DNA of 64,000 nt from Selaginella moellendorffii (Eukaryota; Plantae; Lycopodiophyta), in NCBI RefSeq assembly GCF_000143415.4, contig NW_003314263.1, forward strand, positions 2,792,041-2,856,040, given 5' to 3'. The position numbers were made by a program, and so were the translations under genes. Below, one piece after another: positions 1 through 11,602 of this stretch. The notes below the pieces were generated by a model. The model had not been told where the DNA came from. It was given only the letters and a program-made list of their open reading frames with translations, and made no database searches. Within the stretch, counting starts at the first letter, position 1. The number at the start of each line of letters is the position of its first letter.

Positions 1-1402
1 GGCTTCCTTTCATCTTTCCTGGCATGTTTAAGTCCGCTCGGCCGGAAGTGGTCCCCAGAATTATTGTAAAATGGGGACACTGGCATCGGTGAGTGCGAGG
101 CGCGGCTCGATGAGTTGAGTGGCGATTCGTCCGCCGAGATCGAGCACCCCGTCGCTGAGGAAACGATAAAAAAAGAAAGACAAAAACGAAAAAGCGATGA
201 GTCACTCCATTAACGTAACGCATGAGGCGGCAAGAATCTCGTGTGACAAGGATATGAAACTCACCCATGTTGTTATCCATGCTATTATCCATGAGATCTA
301 TGAGCTGCGATCATATCCAAACAAGAGCGCTCAGAAAATGGAATAGAAAAATTCTTTGCAAACCTTTGTCATCTCGAAAGTGGTCGCGAAGAGCTCGTCT
401 TCGTCAATGGGTGGTGGTGCCGGTGTGCATTGTTCATCGTTTCCTGTGAGAAAACCACAATTCGTTTCCAAATCAAACTCTAGAACACGAGGAAAAATAA
501 AAACTTGCAAGAGCAACTAGCAGACCTTGCACGTCGTCTAGACTTTTGGCCCATTCGTCGGCTACAGCCTTCCACGATCTGCAGTGAAAGAAACTTTGAT
601 CCATCATCCTCAACTCTTTGCTTGTCTTCTTTTTACCGGATAAGTTTCCTGGCGGCCGACTTTATTTGATCGCAGCCGTGTCTCCGCAGATTGTTCACAG
701 GCTTGCCAATCTCAGTCGCCTGGAAAACATATCAAAGAATAAAACAACCGCGTGAATCCCAAGAGCTTCTCGAATGAAAGAAAGAAAGAAAAAAATCCCC
801 CTAGTAACGAATTCTCTTGTTTACCTTCAGAGTCTCGATCGAGAGATTTAAATCTGTCAATCGCACAAGAAGTTCTAAAATGTCGTCATCGTTCTGTCAC
901 AAGGGAGACAACGCGTGAGGACAAAGGCAAAAAGAAAGAACAAGAAGAATGAAGAGAGAGAGAGAGAGAGAGGAGAGGAAAGAATGAAAAAAAATGGAGA
1001 GAAGAGGGAGAAGAAGAAATCCTTGCATACCTTATCAAGATCTACCAGCTCCTTTTTAATCTTGAAAACTTCCTTGACATCGCCCTCGCGATTCCCACTG
1101 CCCATGTCCATCACGGAATTCCCATACTCGTGATCGCACGCCGTGATGGCTGGAGAGATTTCGCTGTGGCGGCTCACCGATCCCCGTAGCACCGCGGCCT
1201 CCTCCTCCTCCTCCTCGATCGGCCCCGCCGGGCAAGCGATTTGCTGAAATAGCTTCTCGGCGATCCCATCGCGCCTCTCCCTAAGCTTGTCGGGGTAGTC
1301 CGCCGCCGCGATCGCGATGCCCCGGTCGATCACCGTCCAGAGATCGTGCTCCAAATCCCTGAAGAAAGATCGCCAAAACTCCAATTTCTCTCCTCCGCCC
1401 AT
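1..1402 (-). CDS. MED26-like / TFIIS N-terminal (LW) domain protein, multi-exon, 3' end runs off the window
   Basis: ATG at 1402. Exon 1 (1402-1031) encodes LEFWRSFFR...DLWTVIDRGIAIAAADYPDKLRERRDGIAEKLF. GT-AG spliced exons at 893-825 (NDDDILELLVRLTDLNLSIETLK), 719-~637 (ATEIGKPVNNLRRHGCDQIKSAARKLIR) and ~579-527 (SWKAVADEW) reconstruct the TFIIS-N domain typical of plant MED26 proteins. Confidence 0.85.
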
Positions 1403-1961
1403 GGCTAGAAAGAAATCCCAGAGGAGCTCCTCGCCCGAAACTTCCCCTCTGGAACAAGAAACCTTGCCCACCTTAGAACAGCGAGAATCTCCACTCACGA
1501 AAGAGGCCAGCGATTCCCCAGCTGGATCTCCGCATTTTCTCGATGCGATGCTCGCTCAATCAAATCCCTCGCAGACCTGACTCCTCGCGAGAGAATCCGT
1601 CACAGATTTCTCATTCTCCCGATACCTAAGCTAAGGATCGATCAGCAATCCAGGACTGACGCGACAAAGAGAGAGGGAAGAGGAAAGCTTCCTAGGGCTA
1701 ATGGAATTGTTCTTGATCCGACGGCCCAGCGCGCGTGGCGATTAGATCCGACGGTCCAGGACCAAATTGCTGACTAGTCAACGGAGAGCGGCGAATTTCC
1801 GCGTGTAGTGTTGAGCGCCACGTGAAGATATGGCAAAAACTCGTTTCGTTTGACGGGTTGCTAGGTAGGATTCGAACCATGGATTGGTCAACTCTCCATT
1901 GACCATAAGCCCTTAGGTCAACTCTTCGATAAGCCCTAAACCCTAGAGCAGGGTGGGGAGA
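1403..1961. promoter_or_regulatory. Probable bidirectional promoter with a telo-box
   Basis: About 560 bp separate the divergent ATGs. An AAACCCTA telo-box lies at ~1938-1945, just upstream of the tRNase Z ATG. Confidence 0.5.
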
Positions 1962-3382
1962 ATGGCGGGGAGGCGCCGCGCAATGGAGCTCGTGTTCCTC
2001 GGCACTGCGGCGAATCCATCCCCGCGGAGGAATTCTTCGTGTGTGCTGCTCAAAATAGGTGAGATTTCGAGCGCGAGCATTCTTTGTGTGAGATTTTGGT
2101 TTCTCAGGGAAGATTATGCAGCTATTCGACTGCGCCGAGGGATCGTTCCGGCAGCTGCAGGAATCGCGGCATTCCGGCAGCGCGATTGACAGGATCTTCA
2201 TCACGCATATGCACGGGGATCACGTAAGGATTTTGCCCGATTCGATTCGAGCAGCTCACTGTGACCTCTTTTTTCCTTCCTTTCTCTGTCGTGTAGGTCT
2301 GGGGACTTCCAGGTACGTTGTTCTTGGCGATTCGTTTTGCGATTCTTTACAGCATTTTGTTATTTGTTTTCTTTGTAGCATTGCTGTGTGCTGCCAAGTT
2401 TAGAGTCAATGCGGAGATTTATGGACCCCAAGGAATTCGCGACTGGCTGCGCATGAGCTTAAAGTCGTGCCGTGCCAAAGTTCCATCCAAGTACAAAGTC
2501 CATGAGCTCATCCTTACTCAGGTGTGCACGAGATCTCCAGATTTTGTTGTGATTCAAGCCTTTTTTCTTTTTTTTCTTCAGGAAAAGAGCTTGGAACGAG
2601 TTGCGTCCTTGCATGTCCCAGCTAATCCTCACGACGATGAATTACCGGGAAATGATATAAGCTGCTCTGGAGACGGTGTTTGGCATGTGTATGCAACCTT
2701 TTCAACTCTCTGTCGGCTTTTATTTTCTTTTGGTGATGCAGACTTCAAGACGAAACGCTTGACATCAAAGCTGGTTTGTTGACCCACAATGTTCCCTGTT
2801 GGGGATATGTGCTAACAGAAGTCAAGAGGTAGATGAGTTTTCTTACATTCTCCAAGTGACGTTCTTTCTTCTGTCAGCGAGGCGGAAAAAGAAAGCGCTG
2901 GCGAAACTACCAGAGGAAGCCGAAAAGTTGGTAAGTTCGTGTTATACACGAACTATACGAAGTTAAATTCTTTTGCAGTGATTCTTGGTGACACAGCCAA
3001 CTCAAAAGCTCTCACCACAGCAGGCAGAGATGCCGATGTTGTGGTGCACGAGGCAACACTTGGTAATTGTAACAAGGAAACTCACTCGACTCCAGGTAGT
3101 TCTTTCACTGTGTTTGTGGAGGTGAACAAACGTTTCCTTGCAGAAATGGCCGGAAGTTTTGCGAAATCTATTAATGCCAAGCTGCTGGTTCTAACACATT
3201 TGAACCGAAACGCTGTGAGTCTTCCCGGTTGCCTCTTCTGTATATTGTCTGAAACTTATTTTTGCATCCGCTTCTAGGGGACTTCAAAACTTCCTGCGAC
3301 GGCTTATCTTGATCCGGCCAAGCGTGCGTTTGGAAGGGACAGCGTTGTTCTGGCAGAGGATTTCCTCTCATTGAGCCTATGA
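1962..3382 (+). CDS. tRNase Z (short form)-like metallo-beta-lactamase, 10 exons, 303 aa
   Basis: Exons 1962-2058, 2108-2223, 2297-2312, 2379-2521, 2582-2688, 2742-2828, 2878-2930, 2979-3095, 3144-3214 and 3278-3382 splice in frame (912 nt, all GT-AG). Motifs: LVFLGT, PSPRRN, DCAEG, THMHGDH, IYGP, THNVPCWGY, ILGDT, HEAT, HST, LTH and C-terminal LAEDF. Confidence 0.9.
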
Positions 3383-5505
3383 TAGGCATGGAATCTAGCC
3401 GAGTGCGTGCTACTCCAGCAAAAGACGCTGCTAGCTTTCAAGGCACAAGCCTGTCAAGACTGCCAAGGAGGATAAGTACGTTGCTGGCGGAACTGAAGTC
3501 CGCGAGCAGCTCCGGGGACTTGAAGATGGGAAGGAGGCTTCATGCTGAGGCTGCCGAGAGCGGCGCCGACACACATATTTACGTAGCTAGCAGCCTGGTG
3601 AATATGTACGCGAAGTGTGGGAGCATGGAGACTGCTCGGAGTATTTTCGATAAGATGGTTCGGCACGATGTTGTCTCGTGGACTGCGCTGATACTCGGCT
3701 ACGCTCAGAATGGACAGGGGAAAGTAGCTCTCGAGCTGTTCGAGGCGATGCAGTTAACAGGCTGTGCTGCTAATGCTCAAGCCTTCGTAGCTGCGCTCAA
3801 AGCCTGCACAAGCCTCGCAGCAAACGAAGAAGCAAAGCAAGCTGATGGGAGGCCTGTGAAGATGGTATCTCTGGAGAAGGGAATCGCTCTTCACTCTCAG
3901 GCTGCCAGGCTCGGCTTCGACTCAGATATATTCGTGATCACGACTCTGGCAGATATGTACTCGAAGTGTGGGACGATGGACAATGCTCGTGAGGTGTTTG
4001 ACAGGAGTCCAAAGAAGAGCTCGGTGCTATACAACACGCTGATACTTGGATATGCACAGAACGGTCAAGGTAGGCTGGCTCTCGAGTTATTTTGCTACAT
4101 GTTGTCGTCTAAGGATTGCTTACCTGTTCGATCTACATTCCTCGCGGTACTCAAGGCCTGCACCGTTCTTGCTGACAAAGAAGCTGAAGGCATTCTCGGT
4201 GGCAAGGTCAGGAAAGTGGCTTCGCTCGAGATTGGGATGGCTATCCACGTACAGGCTTGGAGAAGCAGGCTTGAGCTGGACCTTTGCGTCGCAAGCTCTC
4301 TAGTCGACATGTACTGCAAGTGCCGGAGCCTGGGCGATGCGAGAAGGGTGTTTGACAGGATGAAGATCCACGACACTGTGTCGTGGAATTCGCTCATTCT
4401 CGGGTATGCACAGAATGGAGACGGTAAGACGGCGCTGAAACTATTCGAGACGATGCTCGCGGAAGGCTGCGTGCCCGTTCGCTCGAGCTTCCTAGCGGCA
4501 CTCGAAGCATGCAGTGCTTTCTCCGAGGAAGAAGAGTGCCAGTTCGTCAATGGAAAGGTGGCGAAGGTGGTCTCTCTGGAAACGGCTATGGCTATACACT
4601 CTCGAGTAGACGCCGAGGCAGCAAAACATGGCGTGGATATCATGGTGGCCAACACGCTGATCGACGTCTATGCGAAGTGTGGCAGCATGACTGACGCTCA
4701 AAGAGTCTTCGACGGTATGAAGCACCACAATCTGGTCTCTTGGACAGTTCTAATGTTTGGTTATGCGCAGAACGACAGGGCCAAGATGGTCTTGGAGGTC
4801 TTCTCGCAAATGCGGTACTTCGAAGAATGGATTCCAAGCTCCCAGGCTTTCGTAGCAGTGATCCAGGCAGCAGCAGACATGGCAGCCTTGGCAGCTGGAA
4901 AAAGAATCCACGGTGACGTTTGTAGGCTGGGACTGGAGCTGGAAGCTCACATACAAAGCAGCCTGGTGGATCTCTACGGGAAGTGTGGCAGCACAGTCGG
5001 CTCTCAGGTGGTTTTCGACTCGGCTTCGTCGAGAGGGATCGAGATGTGGAGTGCAGTCATGGCAGGACACAGCCGGCAGGGAGATCATTCAAGAGTTTTC
5101 GAGCTCTTCGAGGGGATGGTCCGAGCAGGAGTTCGTCCAAACGCCATCACTTTCCTGTCACTGCAAATCACTTGCAGCCGGGCCGGGCTGGTGGACAAGG
5201 CCTGGGAGATTTTCTCGGAGATGCAGAGCTCAAAGTTTGGGATCCGGCCAGGGATTGAGCACTACCACTGCTTGATCGATTTGCTGGGGCGCGCCAACCA
5301 GATCGACAAGGCGGTGGAGGTGGTGGAGAGCATGCCGGTGAAGGCCACGGCGGTGACTTGGATGACAGTGCTGGGTGCATGCCAGAAGTGGAAGAACTCG
5401 GAGATTGGAAAGAGGGCGTTTGATGCAGTGGTGAGGCTGGATCGCGAGAAAGAGCATCACGCGGCAGCCTACGTTCTCTTGGCTGAGATCTTCGAAGCAA
5501 ACTAA
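3379..5505 (+). CDS. Intronless PLS-class pentatricopeptide repeat protein with E domain, no DYW domain
   Basis: 708-aa ORF with repeated SSLVxMYxKCG...A..VFDxM...VSWxxLIxGYAQNG motifs and a C-terminal HYHCLIDLLGRA...W..VLGAC...AAYVLL E region. Alternative start at ATG 3388. Confidence 0.95.
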   Translation: MIGMESSRVRATPAKDAASFQGTSLSRLPRRISTLLAELKSASSSGDLKMGRRLHAEAAESGADTHIYVASSLVNMYAKCGSMETARSIFDKMVRHDVVSWTALILGYAQNGQGKVALELFEAMQLTGCAANAQAFVAALKACTSLAANEEAKQADGRPVKMVSLEKGIALHSQAARLGFDSDIFVITTLADMYSKCGTMDNAREVFDRSPKKSSVLYNTLILGYAQNGQGRLALELFCYMLSSKDCLPVRSTFLAVLKACTVLADKEAEGILGGKVRKVASLEIGMAIHVQAWRSRLELDLCVASSLVDMYCKCRSLGDARRVFDRMKIHDTVSWNSLILGYAQNGDGKTALKLFETMLAEGCVPVRSSFLAALEACSAFSEEEECQFVNGKVAKVVSLETAMAIHSRVDAEAAKHGVDIMVANTLIDVYAKCGSMTDAQRVFDGMKHHNLVSWTVLMFGYAQNDRAKMVLEVFSQMRYFEEWIPSSQAFVAVIQAAADMAALAAGKRIHGDVCRLGLELEAHIQSSLVDLYGKCGSTVGSQVVFDSASSRGIEMWSAVMAGHSRQGDHSRVFELFEGMVRAGVRPNAITFLSLQITCSRAGLVDKAWEIFSEMQSSKFGIRPGIEHYHCLIDLLGRANQIDKAVEVVESMPVKATAVTWMTVLGACQKWKNSEIGKRAFDAVVRLDREKEHHAAAYVLLAEIFEAN

Positions 5506-6126
5506 GAAGAATCATTCGATTATTATCAAAAGAAGAGTGGATCGAAACCTCAAGAAATTTAGTAGTGGTTTAACAATTCATGACCCTCTATATTAAATGC
5601 TGCTACAGTTATGTTTTATGTTTATACTTTCACCAAGTTTTTTTTCAGGTGTGTTTTTATAAATAAAGCAGTGATTTTGGATTTTGATCTTCATCTTATT
5701 ATTCTAAAATTATTTTCCAATTTAAAATAAAATTATAGTTAGAAGAGGTATTTTCTGTATTACTTCATAATCTCTATACAGGATAAATGATTTTTTTAGA
5801 GTATCAATTATAATAATTATGAGTGTTAAAATTTTATTTCCAGTAGGAGATTATATTTTGAATTTGCATTACGTTGAGTGAGAAGGACTCACCTTCAAAA
5901 TCGAGTGGGATAAAGGAAGGAATTTTAAGTCTACCAAAACATTTATTGCTAATCTTTATTAATAAAATTACTAAATAGGACTATTGGTATTATGAGGGCC
6001 AACAGCTACAATGCCGTATACTAATATTAATGTAGTAGGATTTTGGTAGCCGTCAGATTAGTTTCAATCCAGACCACTCGTTCTTATATATAAACTAGGG
6101 TTTCTTGGGCTAATTGAGGACAATTC

Positions 6127-6890
6127 ATTACATTTCTCTCAGCTCAAAGGTCCAAAGGTCCTATTTGACAAGTTGGAGCTTGCCTTGTTAGCCAAGACTA
6201 CATCATCTTGGGTATGAAACATTTCTCTTCCCATTTTCTCGAGTTTTTCCCACTAATGCTGGACTCTCCAGGCATTGGCTACAACAGCTTTCCTTGAGGT
6301 TGCTCCGACGATAAGCTTCCCTGGGCCAAAGTAAGCTCCATTCCATGTATTTTACTCTCGAGATTCACTTGGACCCTCTTTGCAGAAATCACGGGACAGT
6401 GACTTGCTCAAGACCAAATACCCGTAAGTCGTTTTCTCATTTGTTTATTCCGATTTCCTTCGTCTTTCTTCGTATCTTTCCTGATTTGACAACATCATTG
6501 TTGTTATCTCTTTGCAGATACATATGCCATGCGGAAGTGAATGCCATCCTGAACAGGAATCACACCTCAACATCCGGTCAGGTACTCATCAAATTCATGC
6601 CATGTTGAAAGCTCTCCCTTCACCTGGATCTTCGTTTAGAGGCTCTACGTGACCATGTTCCCGTGCAACGAGTGTGCCAAAGTCATAATCCAGGTACTGA
6701 AATCTTATCACCCTTCAATTAAACTTCTTGTTTCTCTTTTCAGTCACGCAAGCTGCTGTCCATGGCCAATGTTAAGGTAAGAAAGATCCTCCAAGTCTCT
6801 GGAAACTGGAGAAATCACAGAAGAACTCTTGTGTCTTTATAGCTCCGACAGCACCAGCCCAAAGCAAAGTCCATCATTCTCGAGTTTTAA
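6127..6890 (+). pseudogene. dCMP deaminase pseudogene
   Basis: Spliced fragments read FLSAQRSKGPI*QVGACLV, IGYNSFP*GCSDDKLPWAK, YICHAEVNAILN, RLYVTMFPCNECAKVIIQ and SRKLLSMANVK (HxE/PCxxC Zn site). In-frame TGA at 6166 and 6295. The 5' end and an internal segment are missing. Confidence 0.85.
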
Positions 6891-7641
6891 GCAAGAGTGA
6901 ACTTCCGTACATATATATACACTAGACAAGTAAGAACAAGGAGATCACTCTCAGTTCGAGTTACGTTAGACTTACAGATCACTCTAACGTAATAGCTATT
7001 GACACTAAGAAGTTTTGCAGTCCAAAATGTTATTTTTTACCATTAAATATTTCCCTTTAAAACATTTATGATTTATATGGAATAATGTATATAATTGTTA
7101 AAAGTTTTAGGCAGAATACAGAATCTTAATATGTGAATAAGGAAAAAATGACAAATTAAAATATCTGTTAAAATAATATATTTAATGAATATAATATAAA
7201 ACATATGCTGATTTAAAAAATCCCTTTGAAGTTCTAAAATTAAAAATAGGCTTTTAAAACATTATAAATTTACTCTCATTCACATAATTTAAAATTAAAT
7301 TTAAAATAAAATAGAATAATATCTATCTCAAGTTTCAAACAAAATCTTGTAAAAAAAGACCTAGATGACAACTGTTGGTGTCCACTTGAACTTAAATTTG
7401 GAACAATAAAATCATCTCACTCAAATCATCATCTCATAAGGAGGTTCACAAATATGTCTTAGAATTGATCCCAGAACATGACCAAATTATAAAACGGAAA
7501 TACACTTTTAGTATTTAATGACAAAAAGTTTCAAACTGGTAGATTATGGAAAACCATGTCTTTTAACATGTCTTTCTGTCAACCTAACTTCTCAAAAAAG
7601 TAGTTGTCGACTTCACAGTGGTTCTTTCCAGCTCTCTGTCA

Positions 7642-9318
7642 ATGAATTTGTTTGACAATGGGGAACGCACTTGATTGTCAGCAGTTTCTCAATACGGCCT
7701 TATGGGATGGACACTTGGCTCAACATTGGCTTTGTCATTCTCCAGTTCAGATCATCCGATTCATTCCATGTTGTTAAAATTTTTGCAGATTGCTCAAATT
7801 CTGCTCACAATTCCCTTTTCTTATGCACAAGCAGGCCTGCCCTCCTCAATAGCATTTCAGGTCTGGTGGGGAGGCTACATGATTAACATTCTCTACTTGA
7901 CGTATTGAGAGAAGCACAACCTTCCGCTCGCACACAACCGAAAGTGCAATACTCAGGTAGATTCTACTTCTAGTACTAAATTGGTGATATGTTTTCTTCT
8001 TTTGCAGCTGCATGAGGTGTTGGGTGGGCTTCTAGGCAAATGGTGGAGTGTGGCAACTCTTGTCGTGATGGTGCCGTTTTTGTTCGTTGTGTGTGTTATT
8101 GAGCTTTCTGGCTGTAGCAAGTAAGTGATTTATTTTTGTCTTTGCCTTATTCTGCTTATAACTTGCAGTATGTCAATATGGCAGCATTGTCTTCGAAATA
8201 AATGATCAATTTCCGAAAAGAACATGGACTGTGATATTTGGCGCCCTCTTCTCCCTGTCCATTATTATGCCATCCGCTCAAAACTACAGAGCTTGGTCTT
8301 TTGTGGGCGTCATTGCGACTGTATATACTTCATGTTACCAGGTAACATGAAGTATGGGGGGTTGCAGCACTATTCCATGGAAAGGCAAGTGTTTCTATAT
8401 TCTCATTCAGTACTAGCTAGTATCATCACCTTCGTCGTGCAGGTCTCAGATGTTCAGTCTCTTGCTCCCCGTGGCTATACAGGATATTTTAGTGCTCTCA
8501 GCAATTTTTTGGCAGTTGGAACAGAGATAATACCTGTGTAAGTATTTTTGAAGCGATTTATAGAACTTTAAACTTCGATTTTCCAGGGAACTCATGGACG
8601 CAATGTGGAAACCGGAAGACTTCAAAATTCCCTGGTTTTATGGTACGATTTATGTTTGTATGGTGACTATGCCAGCAAGCATGACTGTCTATGGGATTTT
8701 TGGCGCCGAGACGTTGGTACATCCGTCTGCTTTGATGTTGTTTCCAAAATCAAAGTTTCGGGACATTGCAATAGTTTTGATGCTTTTGCACCAGGCAAGC
8801 TTTTATAGTAAAATTTCCGTCTCGATATGGACCTGACAAGCTGTTGTCTGCAGTTCATCGTGTTTGGGATTCTGAGCTCGCCACTCTACTTGTTCTGCGA
8901 AAAGTTCTTCCGGGTCCACAACTCAAAGGAGAACTTTGGTGAGAGTACCTGTGTTTCTAGCAATCTGGCTAGCCACTCTTGCATTCCCATTCCTTCAAGT
9001 CGCAGCGGCTACTGCCATTTTCGGCATATTTGTCATTCCTTGCACTGCCTACATTGTGATATTCTGGGAGAAAGCTTTGAGTGATGTAAGTTAAGACTGC
9101 TTCCTGCGGCACAATTTCTCATTCTTACTCCAGGTGCTCCAACCTGCCTTTCCAAAGTTGAGCTGGGAAACAACCTTCAGCGTCAACCTGAGGATCATAA
9201 TCTGGATGGCAGCGATGAGTGGACTCGGACTATGGCCAGCATAGCAGCCTACTCCCGACAAGCTGGGGAAGTCGGCTTATTCACAAAATGTTACATGTGC
9301 AAGTCAGATGTACGATAA
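7642..9318 (+). pseudogene. Divergent AUX1/LAX-like permease, copy 1 (pseudogene)
   Basis: Same exons as the intact copy at 41651-43392, but with frameshifts and deletions in exons 1, 2 and 7 and an in-frame TGA in exon 2. Confidence 0.85.
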
Positions 9319-9471
9319 GCCACCACGACTACTTGCATTTGCCAACTGAGCACCTTCAGTAGCCGGTTGTAGAGAGACAGCTGATTATGTTTACGCGGGA
9401 ACCCAAAATTTCAAAAACTTTGACCTACTTTCAAAACATTCATGAAATTTTTTGACAATGGTGAGAGGTAG

Positions 9472-9999
9472 TCAGAGCAACCCACAGACCCGAGGTCTGT
9501 TGCACCCATTTGCTTTGATGAGGGCCATTGTTCCTGCTGTAATATTAATCCCAGCCCACACCACAGAGTAGAAGAACTGGGATATGTCGTGACTGACTGC
9601 AATGTAAACCAAGTTAGAGCATTTTGGCATTGTGGTCGAGTTTTGGTTCGCTTACCTTGATGCAACAATAGGGTGGTCATGGTTATACTGGTGAGCTTCA
9701 CAGCAGGGCTTGCAAACGGAAGATACTGCAAGCGTGACATGTTGCATCAGCATTGAACAATGACTTACAGCCAACGCCTCCAGTCCCTTCAGCTTGAATG
9801 GTGATGGCTTGCTGTAGTAGCCTGCAACAAGATCCATAGCGTCCTGTACATTTTCATTTTTATCATTTTCCTAAAACTTGTTGTGACTTGAGGGTTGGAA
9901 ATGCATGTACCTGTCTGATGCCATCTGTAAAATAGTTAAAGAACTAGTGAGTAAGGGCGTTGAAGCCATCACGAATGAGGCCAAATACAGTATCCTTTG
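9472..9999 (-). pseudogene. SAC1-family phosphoinositide phosphatase 3' fragment
   Basis: Exons read DGFNALTH..NYFTDGIRQ / DAMDLVAGYY..KPSPFKLKGLEALA / YLPFAS / ..IKANG..RPRVCGLL*. Tail-to-tail with permease copy 1. Confidence 0.75.
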
Positions 10000-10809
10000 T
10001 TAGAAAATATTCCACCTCTTCAAGAATAAGATAGAAAAACTTGAATAGGCATAATCACTCATAGTATAAAAGACAATAAGATAATATAAAGTAATAAAGT
10101 TCATTGCATCTGTCTGCAGCATAATGTAGTGGTGCTTTTTTGTTAGTTGATTGTTATAGTTATGGCATGCAATTCGTAAAAGGGTGGATTTTACAACAGT
10201 GGATTTCACTTACACCACGTGTATGCTTGCTATTGGTCCACATGTATTATGAGTGTGAAAAAAACACAGACATAGAATATTTTACAAATATCCAATCCTT
10301 ATGCCCTAGATGGGGCATCATGCCCATAGCAATGACCCATGCTATGTATGGAATGGAGCCATTCATGGCCCATAGACTCATTCATCCCATGCATTCTAGT
10401 AAGTTGTTAATGTTGCAAACCAAATGGACAATCAACTAAATTGCATACCATACTACTTTATTTAGAGCACTATGTTCTCACATCTTGCTCTTTTCACTCA
10501 TGGCAAAAGAACTAATTATCCTTTTTTGGCACATCTCTTTTAACATAGTGTTCATAGCAAGCGTAAGTGAATTCCATTTAGCTCCATTGCAAAGCCATGG
10601 ATATATACTATCTGGAGTCATGTCTCTAATGCATCCCATTGAGTTTATTTTTTGTTGCCATTGATTTCCAATGTAACTTTCTCAATACTTTAGTTTTATA
10701 CCATGATGCTTAGAAGATTTGCATATGACTCAAAAGTAGGTTGAAGCCAATGAATTGGTGGGGCTTATACTTCAATTGTGTATTACGCAAAGGTGCATAG
10801 TGTTGATGT

Positions 10810-11079
10810 TTGGACCTAGAGTTCTCTCAACAGGAGCATGCTAAAGGAGATTTGAGATTGTGGAAGTTGCAATTGCATGTAGTAACATTCAAGATAACAA
10901 TAGACACTTTCAATATTTTCCAATTATAATTGTTTCAAATTGGATCTGGAGTTCTCTCAAGAAGAGCATGCTGAAGGAGATTTGAGAATATAAAAGTTGC
11001 AATTGCATACAATAATATTCAGGTGAGAAGAGCAATAACAATGGACACTTACAATATTTTCCAATTATAACCATTTCAA
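10810..11079 (+). repeat. Diverged tandem duplication (~130-140 bp x2) in unidentified decayed DNA
   Basis: ttgga(c/t)ct(a/g)gagttctctcaa...gcatgct..aggagatttgaga...aagttgcaattgcat...caatattttccaattataa occurs at ~10810 and ~10940. Confidence 0.7.
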
Positions 11080-11256
11080 TTTTAAAATTTGTAAAAAGGG
11101 TTTCCAGGCAAAACTATTCAATGTATGCTGTGCATTGCGGCTGAAGAATTGAAGTTTTCAGGAATTGGAAGCTTGTGCTCACTTTGGTAAGAGTAAATTT
11201 GTGACAGTTTCCTATATGCTCTAACCCTTTTGCAATGTTTGAGATTTCTAGGTTTT

Positions 11257-11580
11257 GCAAACACGGTAAGCTATCATGTAGCGATATTGAGGGACTAGTC
11301 TCAATACGCGAGGGTTCTTGTCAAGCTAGTGCAAGACAGAGCAAAAAAGAACTAACAAGCCAGGCCAAGTATGCTCAGCTAAATAGACACTTAGGAATTC
11401 CTTCCTTATGCTCATCCGGCCAAGTACAGATGCAAAGTTCAGTTTACTAACACTTGAACAAGAGGGACCAATAAAGGGAACCAGCAATACCGACCTCCTG
11501 CCATCGTGGCAGTAAGGTAAGAGTGTCTGTAAGGACTGGTCGACAGGTAACTTTCGATACCCGAAGTCACATGCGCGACA
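11257..11580 (-). mobile_element. Inverted first ~324 bp of the 5' LTR of the element at 18977-25968
   Basis: Reverse complement of 24835-~25158 (starts TGTCGCGCATG). Followed by AGAAT, the reverse complement of the ATTCT that flanks the 3' LTR at 25969. Confidence 0.85.
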
Positions 11581-11602
11581 AGAATCCTCTCCAATTTGCC
11601 AT

